64,000 nucleotides of DNA from Parcubacteria bacterium C7867-008. Lineage in GTDB: Bacteria; Patescibacteriota; Minisyncoccia; Phycocordibacterales; Phycocordibacteraceae. The stretch lies in NCBI GenBank assembly GCA_001189215.1, contig LFCR01000004.1:249635-313634 (forward strand), in the 5' to 3' direction. This document shows, one piece after another, positions 54,820 through 64,000 of the stretch. The translations under genes were made by a program, and so were the position numbers. The notes under the pieces were generated by a model that did not search any database, was not told the DNA's origin, and worked only from the letters and a program-made list of their open reading frames with translations. Within the stretch, counting starts at the first letter, position 1; each line of letters begins with the position of its first letter.

Positions 54820-54878
54820 AGTAGGAGTCAGTATGCCTGAATACGCCACTAAATGCAAGAAACGGCCAGCTGGGGCCG

Positions 54879-55880
54879 TTATGCAGCGAGTGCTTCCGAT
54901 ACCTTCTTAAGACGGGCGATAAATGCCTCTCGTGCTGCCGGAATGTTCTCATCCTTCCCTGCCCATACAGCAATGGCCTCTTCTTGGAGTGCACGAGCAA
55001 AAGAGAATGTAAGGGGCCATGGCGCTGTACGTTCTTTAGCAAGCTTAGAAATAGCTGCGAGATTAGCGGTAGCTTGGTCTGGGCTCTGTCCACCTGAGAG
55101 AAATACAATACCCGGTACAAGTGCTGGCACGGTGTCCATAAGTACACTGAGAGTGTCTTCCGCAACTTCTTCAGGTGAATCAATCTTGCCGGTATCTTTT
55201 CCTGAAACAACCATTGAGGTCTTAAGAATGACTGCAGTCATATCTACCGCATGATCTTCAAGTACCTGCATTAAAGTACCGAGTGTTTCAGTCAGTACTT
55301 CCTTTGCACGCATGCGGCTGTGCGTACCATCAAGTAACATTTCTGGCTCAACCATTGGAACCATTCCTGCTTTCTGCACCTCAAGTGCATACTGTGCCAG
55401 ACGTTTTGCATTCTCATGAATCGCCTGAGCGGTTGGAAGACGGGTACCTTCTATCTTTACCACTGCGCGCCACTTCGTGAAGCCAGTATGGTACGTTTTC
55501 ACGTAGTCTGTGAGGCGCTCAGGTAGACCAATAAGACCTTTTGTAATAGTTTCGTCTTTGCTTTCAGGGAATGGCTCGAGTCCTTGATCCACCTTTATAC
55601 CGGGGACGATACCCTTTTGTATAAGTAGCTCAGTAAATGGAATACCTTCGGTAGATTTCTGATGCAATGTTTCTTCGTACAGGATTACACCGGTGAGATA
55701 CTCTTCAATACCTGGCGTTGCTAGAAGTAGGTCACGGAAGACACGGCGATTCTCTTCTCCAAGTTCTATCCCGAATGGCTTTAAGCGCTTTTCGTTGGCA
55801 CTCTCGTTACTTTCATCTGCTGCCAGGATTCCTTTACCCGACGCAACGAGTGAACGAGCGATATCATTAAGATCATGCAT
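54879..55880 (-). CDS. Class I fructose-bisphosphate aldolase
   Basis: GKGILAADES, GIKVD.G, KWR, VFLSGGQS, TFSFARALQ. Confidence 0.93.
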   Translation of the reverse strand: MHDLNDIARSLVASGKGILAADESNESANEKRLKPFGIELGEENRRVFRDLLLATPGIEEYLTGVILYEETLHQKSTEGIPFTELLIQKGIVPGIKVDQGLEPFPESKDETITKGLIGLPERLTDYVKTYHTGFTKWRAVVKIEGTRLPTAQAIHENAKRLAQYALEVQKAGMVPMVEPEMLLDGTHSRMRAKEVLTETLGTLMQVLEDHAVDMTAVILKTSMVVSGKDTGKIDSPEEVAEDTLSVLMDTVPALVPGIVFLSGGQSPDQATANLAAISKLAKERTAPWPLTFSFARALQEEAIAVWAGKDENIPAAREAFIARLKKVSEALAA

Positions 55881-55951
55881 GTGCTTAGTATAGCGTACCG
55901 TACTCATGAGACATGGGGATTCAGTGGTGAGACGTGCGTTATACTTGCAGC

Positions 55952-56947
55952 ATGACTCAAATAGACTTCCTCGCTATTGGCGATATCGTGTGTGAACCAT
56001 TCATTCGTCTGAAAGAGGCAGAAGTGCATTGCGAGAAAGGCGCCAACAAATGTGGAATCTGCATGAGTTGGGGTGACAAAATACCCTACGATTATGCCGT
56101 ATATATGCCGGCAGTTGGAAATTCAGCAAACGCTGCGGTATCCGCGGCAAGACTTGGTCTAAATGCAGGACTTCGAGCATATGTAGGAAATGATCGTTAT
56201 GGCGAAGAGTGCATGGAACGCCTCACTGAGGAGAAAGTAGATACCACCTATATGGTGACAGAGACGGGTAAGAATACTAACTACCACTATGTGCTTTGGT
56301 ACCAAAGTGAACGAACTATATTAGTGAAGCATGAGAATTTCTCATACACTGTTCCGAAACTAAGGAATATTCCAAAATGGATCTATCTTTCCTCTCTTGC
56401 AGACCACACGCTTCCCTATCATATGGAGCTCTCCAAACTCCTTGACGAACATCCAGAAATTAAACTAGCGTTTCAGCCTGGTACATTTCAAATGTCTCTT
56501 GGAGTAGAGGCACTCAAGAGCCTCTATGAACGTTGTGAATTTTTTGTGTGTAACAAAGAAGAAGCAGGGCGCATTCTTGGTACAGATAATCTAGAAGATC
56601 CCCGTGGACTGCTTGTTGGTATTAGTAAGCTTGGTCCAAAAATTGTCGTGGTAACTGATGGCACAAAGGGTGCTTATGCATTTGATGGTTCTCGCTTCAT
56701 GTATGTGCCGATGTATCCAGACACTCGTGGACCTTTCGAGCGTACCGGCGCTGGAGACGCGTTTGCCTCAACAGTGGTGGCTGCACTTTCTCTTGGAGAG
56801 CCACTTGAGAAAGCTCTTTTGTGGGGACCAATCAACTCAATGAGTGTGGTGCAACAAGTGGGTGCTCAAGCTGGTCTTCTAACACGAGAGGAGCTTCTCG
56901 ACTTCCTTAACAAAGCACCGAGTTCGTACGTTGTTCGCGATCTCTAA
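55952..56947 (+). CDS. PfkB-family carbohydrate kinase
   Basis: GNSANAAVSAARLG, NKEEA, TDG..G, TGAGDAF. Confidence 0.9.
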   Translation: MTQIDFLAIGDIVCEPFIRLKEAEVHCEKGANKCGICMSWGDKIPYDYAVYMPAVGNSANAAVSAARLGLNAGLRAYVGNDRYGEECMERLTEEKVDTTYMVTETGKNTNYHYVLWYQSERTILVKHENFSYTVPKLRNIPKWIYLSSLADHTLPYHMELSKLLDEHPEIKLAFQPGTFQMSLGVEALKSLYERCEFFVCNKEEAGRILGTDNLEDPRGLLVGISKLGPKIVVVTDGTKGAYAFDGSRFMYVPMYPDTRGPFERTGAGDAFASTVVAALSLGEPLEKALLWGPINSMSVVQQVGAQAGLLTREELLDFLNKAPSSYVVRDL

Positions 56948-57005
56948 TATAGACAGAAGGAAAACACTCGGAATCCTTGGGCTCCGAGTGTTCCTTTTTT
57001 GTACA

Positions 57006-57143
57006 CTACTGCTCGTCAATACTCGCAACAAGATATTCTGCAGGGATTGAGTTAAGTGTGTGAATGATTGCATATGCACCCGAACACGCAGCAATAAACA
57101 CGAAGAGTATTCCAAATACTGTATCTACGCGACGAATTTTCAT
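57006..57143 (-). CDS. Putative 45-aa single-TM peptide
   Basis: MKIRRVDTVFGILFVFIAACSGAYAII..., starts 10 nt after the transketolase stop and ends before a terminator. Confidence 0.5.
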   Translation of the reverse strand: MKIRRVDTVFGILFVFIAACSGAYAIIHTLNSIPAEYLVASIDEQ

Positions 57144-57153
57144 AATATCTATT

Positions 57154-58137
57154 TTACTTGCTTACCTTTCGTGCAACTTCAGCAATGTGCGCAGCGGAAA
57201 GTCCGTAATGTTCAAGTAGTTCTTCAGGGGTACCGGACTGACCGAAGGAATCATGTATACCTAAGCGATTTATTGGTACAGGGTAATGTTCTGAAAGGCA
57301 TTCAGCAACTGCGCTTCCGAACCCTCCTGCAATCTGATGCTCTTCAATAGTTATCACCCGCCCTGTTCTTTTTGCAGCAGCCACTACCGCTTCTGTATCA
57401 AGTGGTTTGATAGTTGGTACATGCAGAACAAGTGATTCAATACCATCCGCGGCGAGTGCACGAGCTGCCTGAAGTGCTTGGTATGTAAGGGCACCGGTTG
57501 AGAGTAATGCAACCTTCGGCTTCTCTCCTTCCCATACAGGGAGTGCTTTGCCAATAGCGAACGGTGTTTCTGTGGTGGTGAATACTGGTACAGGAGCACG
57601 ACCGAATCGTATATATATAGGTATACCTGCTTTTGCAGCAGCAACTACTGCTTTACGGGCTTCCTCTGCGTCACCTGGATTGATAACGGTCATGTGCGGG
57701 AGCATGCGCATGAGACCTATGTCTTCAAGCATCTGATGCGTGGCACCGTCTGGACCAACCGATACACCTGCATGCATACCGCAGATTATTACAGGCTGCT
57801 CATTAAGGGCGATTGTAGTGCGAATCTGTTCGTAGTTACGACCAGGATTAAACGCTGCATAAGATGCGATAAATGGAACTTTTCCAGCAGCTGCAAATCC
57901 GCTACCAAGGCCCGCCATATTCTGTTCACCAATACCAACTTCAATAAAACGATCTGGGAATTCTTTCTCAAACCATTCTGCGCGAGTACTTTCCTTTAGA
58001 TCAGCGCAAAGTACCACTACATTCTCATCCGCATGCCCTGCCTCAATTGTGCCTGTGCCGAATCCATCACGCGTTGGTTTCTGCGCAATATCTTTTGCAA
58101 ATACTTCTTCAACAAGATGAATCTTTGGGTTAATCAT
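57154..58137 (-). CDS. Transketolase C-terminal subunit
   Basis: GIGEQNM, DGATHQ..ED, EEHQ..GGFGSAV. Confidence 0.92.
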   Translation of the reverse strand: MINPKIHLVEEVFAKDIAQKPTRDGFGTGTIEAGHADENVVVLCADLKESTRAEWFEKEFPDRFIEVGIGEQNMAGLGSGFAAAGKVPFIASYAAFNPGRNYEQIRTTIALNEQPVIICGMHAGVSVGPDGATHQMLEDIGLMRMLPHMTVINPGDAEEARKAVVAAAKAGIPIYIRFGRAPVPVFTTTETPFAIGKALPVWEGEKPKVALLSTGALTYQALQAARALAADGIESLVLHVPTIKPLDTEAVVAAAKRTGRVITIEEHQIAGGFGSAVAECLSEHYPVPINRLGIHDSFGQSGTPEELLEHYGLSAAHIAEVARKVSK

Positions 58138-58139
58138 AT

Positions 58140-58997
58140 TTATGAATATTCATGTGGAAGCTTCCCCTTCATAGAACGCAACTCTTTTAGGAAGATTTTT
58201 CCTTCTTCTTTCGAAGGTGGTTTGCCGTGCCAGTGATAGTCATACTCAATATCAGGCACCCCTTTACCAGCAATGGTGTGCGCAATGATTACCGTGGGTT
58301 TCTCAACAATCGCTTTTGCTTGATCCACTGCTTCAATGAATTGACGAATGTTGTGTCCATCTACTTCTAGTACGTGCCATCCAAATGCTTCCCATTTAGC
58401 CCGAAGTGATTCTAGTGGCATTACATCTTCTGTAAGCCCATCAATTTGAATATTGTTACGGTCTATTACTGCGGTGATATTTGAAAGTTTGTACTTAGAG
58501 ACCCACATCGCTGCTTCCCATACATTTCCTTCGTTTAATTCCCCATCTCCCATCAATACATATAAATGGTTCTTCTTACCATCCATACGTAGTGCATATG
58601 CCATACCTCCTGCTTGTGAGAGCCCTTCACCAAGAGGTCCAGATGTATTCTCCATTCCTGGGAGCTTTAAGCGTTCTGGGTGTCCTTGTAGGCGAGAACC
58701 AAACTTACGCAGAGTAAGACACTCCTTAACCGGGAAATAGCCAACATGTGCCATCGTTGCGTAACGAACCGGCACAATGTGTCCGTTAGAAAGTATGAGA
58801 CGATCGCGTTCCTCCCATTCAGGATTCTTTGGATCGTGCTTAAGAATATGAAAATAGAATGCAGTAAAGATATCAGTCATATCGAGCGGGCCCGCAGTAT
58901 GACCTGATCCTGCTTCAACCAGCATCTCGATAATGGTCTCGCGAATCTCCTCCGCGTCCTTCTCAAGCACTTTTACTTGTTCATCTGTAATTGCCAT
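58140..58997 (-). CDS. Transketolase N-terminal (TPP-binding) subunit
   Basis: SGH, DRLILSNGH, LQGHP, GDGELNEG..WEA. Confidence 0.92.
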   Translation of the reverse strand: MAITDEQVKVLEKDAEEIRETIIEMLVEAGSGHTAGPLDMTDIFTAFYFHILKHDPKNPEWEERDRLILSNGHIVPVRYATMAHVGYFPVKECLTLRKFGSRLQGHPERLKLPGMENTSGPLGEGLSQAGGMAYALRMDGKKNHLYVLMGDGELNEGNVWEAAMWVSKYKLSNITAVIDRNNIQIDGLTEDVMPLESLRAKWEAFGWHVLEVDGHNIRQFIEAVDQAKAIVEKPTVIIAHTIAGKGVPDIEYDYHWHGKPPSKEEGKIFLKELRSMKGKLPHEYS

Positions 58998-59320
58998 TAG
59001 TGTGATTGTAAATTTCGTATCTGTGCTTTTATGGGAGAAAGTTCAGATCGATCTGCCTTATGTTCCATAATAGCGTCAATTTGGTTCTGGAGTTTTGAGT
59101 CAAGTCTCTCAAAGCGTTGGTCTACTGCCTGAAAACCTTCCGCTGTTGAGCGCGCAAGACTTTCAATTGAATCCTCGACGGTGTCGAATCGACTATCAAT
59201 TTTTTTGAATCGATTGTCGATTTTAGTGAACTGATTATCAATTGTGCCTAATCGACCATTAATTTTATTGAACTCAGCATGTATCTTCGAAAATTCAACC
59301 TTGAGTTCAGGGTCCAACAT
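58997..59320 (-). CDS. Small heptad-repeat coiled-coil protein
   Basis: Repeated F..ID.R heptads. Confidence 0.7.
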   Translation of the reverse strand: MLDPELKVEFSKIHAEFNKINGRLGTIDNQFTKIDNRFKKIDSRFDTVEDSIESLARSTAEGFQAVDQRFERLDSKLQNQIDAIMEHKADRSELSPIKAQIRNLQSH

Positions 59321-59391
59321 TCTGTAATTATATCACTGCAAAGTAGCGAGTCGAATCCCCTCTTCAGGAAGATTTTATATTTACTTCATTC

Positions 59392-60108
59392 TTACGCATA
59401 TAGCCCGTACGTATGCACCAATCCCTGTAAGCGTTTGAGCTCCGCTGCTAGATCTGGCGCTTTCCAGAGATCTGAGCCAACTACCAAACGACTAACACCT
59501 GCCTGAAGAAGCTGTGGTGCTGTCTCCAGTGACACTCCCCCATCTACTTGCAGTTGCATGTCCGGATACTTCTTACGAAACGCCGATATCTTTGGTAGGA
59601 CTGATTTATCAAAAGGCTCACCTTGCTTCCCAATCTTTGCGATTCCCATGAATTGCACGAAATCGCACTGATGCAGAAATGGCTCAATAAGAGCTGTGTC
59701 GGTACTAATATTTATTGCTAACCCAAAAGCTAGAAGTCCTGGCGTGAAATCCTTATCATGACCATAAGTGCTAGCGAGCTCATTCATTAGCTTTGGGAGC
59801 ATGCGTGTCGTTTCCGCATGTATAACAATGCGGGTTGCACCCGCTTCTATCCAATGACGAATAACCTGTTCAGGTTCTTCAACCATGAGATCAACCTCGT
59901 ATGAAATCTCACCTAGATATGGAAACGTATCTCCACTTGGCTCACGTACACCCACTACCTGATCTTGGTACGGCCACGTCGCAGGAACGACAAAACGCCC
60001 ATCGACGATGTCGACCTGTACCGCATCGACTAGACCGTGAAGCCGAAGGAGCTTCTCATCAAGATCGTCGCGTGATTTAGGAAGTATGGCGGGTACAATA
60101 ACGCCCAT
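59392..60108 (-). CDS. rpe: Ribulose-phosphate 3-epimerase
   Basis: QVDIVDGRFV, DLMV..P, QVDGGV, VVGS. Confidence 0.88.
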   Translation of the reverse strand: MGVIVPAILPKSRDDLDEKLLRLHGLVDAVQVDIVDGRFVVPATWPYQDQVVGVREPSGDTFPYLGEISYEVDLMVEEPEQVIRHWIEAGATRIVIHAETTRMLPKLMNELASTYGHDKDFTPGLLAFGLAINISTDTALIEPFLHQCDFVQFMGIAKIGKQGEPFDKSVLPKISAFRKKYPDMQLQVDGGVSLETAPQLLQAGVSRLVVGSDLWKAPDLAAELKRLQGLVHTYGLYA

Positions 60109-60123
60109 ACCGGTAAGTATACT

Positions 60124-60606
60124 CTAGAACTTAGCGATCCTACGTGCATGACGTGGGTCTTCTGAGAATTCCGTGGAAAGAAATATACTGACCGCCTCTT
60201 CTGCGTCTACAGGAGATATAAAGCGTGAACCAATAGAAAGTACGTTGGCATTATTGTGTTTACGTGGAAGACGTACCGCATCAAATCCATCCTCTGAATG
60301 GGCGCCTTCACTATCGAGTGCAACGGTCACCGGCATTTTCCCATAGAAGACTGCTGCACGTACTCCTGGTGTGCGATTCGCACACATAGCCTCCCCTTGG
60401 CCGCTTCCTGCACATATAACACCGAATGAGTCAGGATTCTCTGCAACAGCTTTAGCAAGTGGAATTACATATTCAGGGTAATCGTCTTCTGGATCAAGGT
60501 CATAGGGACCCATGTCCTCCACCTCATGGCCATGAAGAGTAAGTTGTTCAATGAGCGCACCCTTAAGACGGAATCCAGCGTGGTCTGCAGCGAGAAATAT
60601 TTTCAT
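60124..60606 (-). CDS. rpiB: Ribose-5-phosphate isomerase B
   Basis: ADHAGF.LK, DYP, GSGQGE...ANR, HNNANVL, RH.RRI. Confidence 0.92.
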   Translation of the reverse strand: MKIFLAADHAGFRLKGALIEQLTLHGHEVEDMGPYDLDPEDDYPEYVIPLAKAVAENPDSFGVICAGSGQGEAMCANRTPGVRAAVFYGKMPVTVALDSEGAHSEDGFDAVRLPRKHNNANVLSIGSRFISPVDAEEAVSIFLSTEFSEDPRHARRIAKF

Positions 60607-61124
60607 ACAGTAAAGATGCGATTCAGTCGATTAAAGAAGTATGAAGTACTAATCCATTATCAATATGCCAAGCATAATTTGGACCTTGGTTACAGTATCA
60701 ATTTTTATTATTCCAGACTTCACACGTTGTGACCAAATAGGGACAAAAGATAACCATCCAATGACGCAAACTATGGTTACTATGACGAGAATAATTTTCA
60801 TCGTCCTGTGTGCGATCATGCTTGGCCTGCTTTGATAGCATGTTCAACAAGCGTGTGGGTATACCCCATCTCATGGTTGTACCAGGTCAGCAAGCCGCTC
60901 ATACCGGAGCGCGAACTCGACCTTTTTGTTGTTGTCATTGCTGACGTCATGTCAGTAATCATATCACTTCTCGGGAGAAAAAACTCCGCTCGCTCACCTG
61001 CTGAAATTCCAAAGAAGGACTTTAGAAGCTCGGCAGGCGAGCGAAGTGATTTATTTGTCTGTCAAGGTTTCTTCCCCTATGGTACTCAAACTCCTGACAC
61101 ATAGCAAGCGGAAAAATCCCCTTT

Positions 61125-61343
61125 TTAACAAGGTATTAGGCGAGGATATTTGCTTCTGACAACCCCTGAAGACTGCGCTCTTTTGTCCCCCGCTCTGGCC
61201 TTTTCTCTCATATAGATTTCGTGGACTGTGGACCGGGTAATGCAGTATTTCCTCGCTAGGTTGGCGAAGGAGTGCTCGATCGGATCGAGGTCATGGAGCA
61301 TTACAAGCTCGTTATTTCTAACCTGGTTCGGTCTATTTGCCAT
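61125..61343 (-). CDS. Small helix-turn-helix protein
   Basis: RNNELV...SFANLARKYCITRSTVHEIY HTH-like pattern, downstream of the recombinase. Confidence 0.65.
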   Translation of the reverse strand: MANRPNQVRNNELVMLHDLDPIEHSFANLARKYCITRSTVHEIYMREKARAGDKRAQSSGVVRSKYPRLIPC

Positions 61344-61387
61344 AAGTTTCGCTATCGTACTTTCTCTCCCGTAACTACAGGTGGGAA

Positions 61388-62524
61388 TTACATTTTTGCG
61401 TATCTGCCGCCGCCTTGAGTTCGATGTTCGGTGGTTCGTTTTGGCATGTTCGTATAGTCCGGGTGCGCCGGGATGTTGCCGTGCTGCATGAATTCGATAA
61501 ACGATTCGACGATCTCTTTCGCGTCGCCGAGATTCTCGACGTGCGTCAGGCTTTTCAAATTCTTATTCAGCCTAGCCTTATCTTGTTTAGGATTCTTGTA
61601 AGTATTTTGGAAAAGCTGCCAGCGTTCCTTGAGATCGTTACCCCACATCATCGTGTAAAATTGAGAGCTCTCCAGGTTCGAGTGACCGAGGATGTTAGTA
61701 ACGTCTGCGCTCGCACCTCCCTCCTTGATGATCTTGCGACCACCGTAATGCCGAGCCGAGTGTGCGTTGAAGATTGTTGGTAGCTCCGCGCGATTCGATA
61801 GCATTCTGAATACCTCGCAGACCCCGCGGCCGGTCATGCGCTTTCCGCGCACATCGAATGCGCCGCACTTGCGGATCGATGTAAAGACGGCACCTGAGTC
61901 CTCGAAGACCATCTTATCCTGAATCTCCTCCTTCTTCTTAAGCCATGCCTTCAGGTACTTGCCGGTCTGGGCAGTCCAGAAGATTTCACGGATCGGGCGG
62001 CGTCCTCTCGACTTCTCGGTCTTTATGATCGCGGACCCTGAGAGGTCCTTATTGAACTCGAGGTCGTCGACGTTGAGCGAAACGACTTCGCCGCTGCGGG
62101 CCCAGCTGTCCCATACCACATGGATCAGCGCCAGGTTCCGGATATTGTTCGGGTTGTTGTCGCGCGGAATCGCCTTTACCAACTTCTTGAAGTCAGGCTC
62201 ATTCGCAACGCGGGGAATGTTGAATTCTTTCCGAGGAAGTGGAATCAACGATTCGTTCAGGCAGTTGTGCCCACGAAGATTGTAAAACTCGAAGAATTTA
62301 CGCAGCGCAAGCGCCACGATATTTATACCGTTACGCTTCCAGCCGAGCCGCTCGAGCTCGCTGAGGTAGTGGAGAATGTGGCCTATCTGAATCTGCTCGA
62401 TTTCCGGATCGCCCATCGTAAGGCAGAAAATCCGAAGCACGGCATCATACCGGACCACCGTTTGGCCGGTAACCTTGAAGCCTCTCCAGTTCTTGAATTC
62501 TTCTATAGCTTTGCTTAGTTTCAT
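61388..62524 (-). CDS. Tyrosine recombinase (Xer/integrase family)
   Basis: RNLALI...ARSGE (R), TEKS (K), HSARH, LGH, FYT (Y): catalytic set intact. Confidence 0.92.
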   Translation of the reverse strand: MKLSKAIEEFKNWRGFKVTGQTVVRYDAVLRIFCLTMGDPEIEQIQIGHILHYLSELERLGWKRNGINIVALALRKFFEFYNLRGHNCLNESLIPLPRKEFNIPRVANEPDFKKLVKAIPRDNNPNNIRNLALIHVVWDSWARSGEVVSLNVDDLEFNKDLSGSAIIKTEKSRGRRPIREIFWTAQTGKYLKAWLKKKEEIQDKMVFEDSGAVFTSIRKCGAFDVRGKRMTGRGVCEVFRMLSNRAELPTIFNAHSARHYGGRKIIKEGGASADVTNILGHSNLESSQFYTMMWGNDLKERWQLFQNTYKNPKQDKARLNKNLKSLTHVENLGDAKEIVESFIEFMQHGNIPAHPDYTNMPKRTTEHRTQGGGRYAKM

Positions 62525-62529
62525 TTTGC

Positions 62530-62762
62530 ATGCGCAAACGAAAAGTCCACTTGATGCTAGTCAAAGTGGACCTTTCGTTGCCTGCATTTAGAAACTAAAT
62601 GTGGGCCGATCCCAAGCTTGGGATGCAACCCTATTCGGGTTGCCCCAGCATTCTACCCTACCCCTTTGAAGGATATCAAGAATGATTTTTGGGCTGGTCC
62701 ATTGCTAGCATCAGGTCGTTGCCGACCCGATCCCTTTCGGGACAATGGTTCTTATTCGTAAT
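62530..62762 (-). ncRNA. Highly structured ~230-nt leader RNA of the recombinase
   Basis: At least 6 hairpins including GAAA and GCAA tetraloops, terminator-like hairpin just before the ATG, long-range complementarity. Confidence 0.6.
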
Positions 62763-62801
62763 GTGCCACTATAACCTAGTATAGTGGCTAGCCATTGTCA
62801 A
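62763..62801 (-). promoter_or_regulatory. Promoter (TTGACA-17-TAGGTT) overlapped by an 11-6-11 inverted repeat
   Basis: gtgccactata-acctag-tatagtggcta; tgtcaa at 62796-62801. Confidence 0.6.
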
Positions 62802-62939
62802 CGAGGATTTTCTATCCTCTAATAAAATCAAAGCAGGACATCAAAAAAGTCAATAAATGTAAGGGTTTTTTGAGGTATATGAAAAAGTCGCACCGCTTTT
62901 GAGGGCGATGCGACTTGAGACTTCATGAAGCCGAGGCTT

Positions 62940-63953
62940 TTATTTCAGCCTATTTCGTACCTTTTCCAGGAAATCGACGATCTCCATGGTGAGGGCCGGT
63001 AAATCGGCGTGAGCGCCTATCTCGATCGGGATTGGGACCCTGGGATTTCGACCTAGGAGCTCCCCTATCGTGATCCTGCGCCCATCATGTCCTTCGAGGC
63101 GGCCGAAGAGTTCGACGCTCGTGTCCAGGCAGAACCTGGAAAGCTCTCGAGCCCCTTCAGGCGGCAGGCTTGCCCACGCTTCCATCAAGCCGAACGGCTC
63201 GATGTACGGATAAGAGCAGCTGAACCCGTCGGCCGTCTGGACCGGCATGAGGCCCCGCGGCGTTTGTTCGCCGAGGACCCGTCCGCAGTTTGGTATGAAC
63301 GGAATAAGATCGTGGTCGGGAATCCAGTCGATTAGGTTTTCGATCGGATTCACTATGACGAGCTCGCCCACGTATTCTTCCGTGAGGACCGCTTTTGCCC
63401 GGGTGCAGCAGAAGCCGATGAGGGCTGCTGTGACCTTGAGCCCGCGCCGCTTTAGCTCCGTGAGCACGCAGCGAAGCGTACCTCCGCTGAATGCTCCGTC
63501 CTCGATGAGGAGGACCGAACGTCCTGCGATCCGCGCGACAAGTTCATCGAGCTGCTTGTCTATCGGCTCGAATCCCGGACGAGCGCCGTGGCCTATCAGT
63601 TCCCCTTCCGTATTGAACAGTCGGTTGATGTTAAGCAGCAGACCCTCGCTCTTGGGATTCGCATCGGTGATTTCCTGACATGTGCTCAGGACGACCTGGC
63701 GAGTTGAATCTGTCAGGCGGCTTTCCACCTGGTCCCAGATTTTGAGCCGCAGCTCGCTCATGTCGATGGCGTCGATGGTGACGCCGGGCAGGGTTTGCTG
63801 CATCCTTTCGAGAAGATGCTGGCGGAAGCGCTCGAAGATTGGATCGTGCTGGTTGAAAGCTAATCCGCTCGTGCGAAGCGCGTTGAATCGGCTAGCGACG
63901 TCATAGGTAACCACGTAGGTCCCATGACGAGCCGCCTGTGCGACGATGCTCAT
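62940..63953 (-). CDS. Hypothetical protein with a phosphoribosyltransferase-like PRPP-binding loop
   Basis: VLLIEDGAFSGGTL motif; AAGGAGG SD; GC-rich. Confidence 0.7.
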   Translation of the reverse strand: MSIVAQAARHGTYVVTYDVASRFNALRTSGLAFNQHDPIFERFRQHLLERMQQTLPGVTIDAIDMSELRLKIWDQVESRLTDSTRQVVLSTCQEITDANPKSEGLLLNINRLFNTEGELIGHGARPGFEPIDKQLDELVARIAGRSVLLIEDGAFSGGTLRCVLTELKRRGLKVTAALIGFCCTRAKAVLTEEYVGELVIVNPIENLIDWIPDHDLIPFIPNCGRVLGEQTPRGLMPVQTADGFSCSYPYIEPFGLMEAWASLPPEGARELSRFCLDTSVELFGRLEGHDGRRITIGELLGRNPRVPIPIEIGAHADLPALTMEIVDFLEKVRNRLK

Positions 63954-64000
63954 GGTGACCTCCTTGGTTTTGGTTGAAGTTAAGGAACAAAAAAAGACGC

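Noticed and set aside
60816-60950. 44-aa minus-strand ORF (MTSAMTTTKR...)
   Set aside because: No clear SD, promoter or recognisable composition
1-64000. Alternative genetic code (UGA read as Gly, as in Gracilibacteria)
   Set aside because: Core genes are full length under code 11 and dnaE ends in TGA

Overview
This looks like a chromosomal segment of a Patescibacteria (CPR, Parcubacteria-like) bacterium using the standard genetic code; the taxonomy is inferred from streamlined proteins and gene content. Housekeeping genes lie mostly on the minus strand: rpoD, dnaG, rpoC/rpoB, trmD-khpA-rpsP, rnr, a short smc, rnc, a nusB-Nudix fusion, rpmF, rnhB, dnaE, thrS, gyrB, pheST, tRNA-Thr(TGT), tsf, rpsB, prfA, rpmE, rplY, and a pentose-phosphate/aldolase cluster. 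Between them sit many small self-contained ORFan or RNA units, a sortase with a Pro/Cys-repeat substrate, three paralogous pairs of [membrane-anchored beta-propeller-like protein + Cys-rich repeat surface protein], and a tyrosine recombinase with a long structured leader. The most striking unexplained signal lies between nusB and rnc: a degenerate tRNA-Thr(GGT)-like gene followed by a separately promoted ~70-nt small RNA. The two arms of this RNA are antisense, in circularly permuted order, to the tRNA-like RNA's anticodon arm. Two candidate terminator/antiterminator RNA switches (upstream of rpsP and of the recombinase) also stand out. All RNA structures were read by eye, not computed.
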